Position numbers and translations under genes: made by a program. From assembly GCA_964016885.1 (NCBI GenBank), contig OZ024746.1, positions 16,368,001 to 16,432,000 of the forward strand: a DNA stretch of 64,000 nucleotides, in the 5' to 3' direction. This DNA comes from Eledone cirrhosa (Eukaryota). This document shows, piece by piece, positions 63,540 to 64,000 of this stretch. Position 1 is the first letter of the stretch. Every line of letters begins with the position of its first letter. Under the pieces are notes generated by a model, which was not told the origin of the DNA, did not search any database, and worked only from the letters and a program-made list of their open reading frames with translations.

Positions 63540-64000
63540 GTTTGTACTTTTATGTCTTATTGTCTTGTCTTCAATTTTACTAATATATATTAACTTGTCT
63601 TATATATTACTTATATATATTAACTTGTCTTATATATTACTAATATATATTAACTTGTCTTATATATTACTAATGTATATTAACTTGTCTTATCTTTTAA
63701 ATTGTGTGCTAAGCAGCTGAAGTAGACAATAAATTTATAGTTGAGCATCAAAAGAAGACAAACACAGAAAATAATTACACAAAGTTTTATTATTTGTGGG
63801 AATAAGAAAAAGAATGTCTTGATGCATCAGGTGTTAGCCCTTCATCTAAATATAGATATGTAATACCTTAGTATATGGAAAATATAGATGATACTACCTT
63901 AGTAATAACTTAGGCGGTGAATTGACAGAGTCATTAGAACATCGGATAGAATATTTTGTGCATGTTGAGTCTAAATCCTGCCAAGATCAACTTTGCCTTT

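Overview
AT-rich eukaryotic (animal) genomic DNA. The tRNA-derived SINE families, RTE/CR1/Penelope remnants and very dense microsatellites are most consistent with an octopod cephalopod; this is an inference from recalled repeat families. Gene 1 (+, 995-50526, 5' end outside the window) has 18 GT-AG exons that splice in frame to about 956 aa. It encodes an extracellular mosaic protein: EGF-EGF-CCP-EGF-EGF-CCP-(EGF-CCP)x3-CCP-HYR-HYR-CCP-ephrin-receptor-like (GCC2/GCC3)-stop, i.e. SVEP1/uninflatable-like modules. Gene 2 (+, starts 58284, runs off the window) has an ATG-only first coding exon preceded by an RFX X-box and three charged coiled-coil exons resembling the N-terminus of DNAI7/CASC1. 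The introns are filled with SINEs, LINE and DNA-transposon remnants, and mini/microsatellites, and nearly all long ORFs in the supplied track are repeat artefacts. The most notable unexplained structures are: several minimal type I hammerhead-ribozyme motifs (Penelope/retrozyme type), three well-formed and in the sense orientation of gene 1 introns; tandem arrays that have multiplied exon-end plus 5' splice-site units after two adjacent exons; long intronic inverted repeats (candidate dsRNA/ADAR substrates); and a possible divergent spliced transcript from the gene 2 promoter. No prokaryotic-type system such as CRISPR is present.
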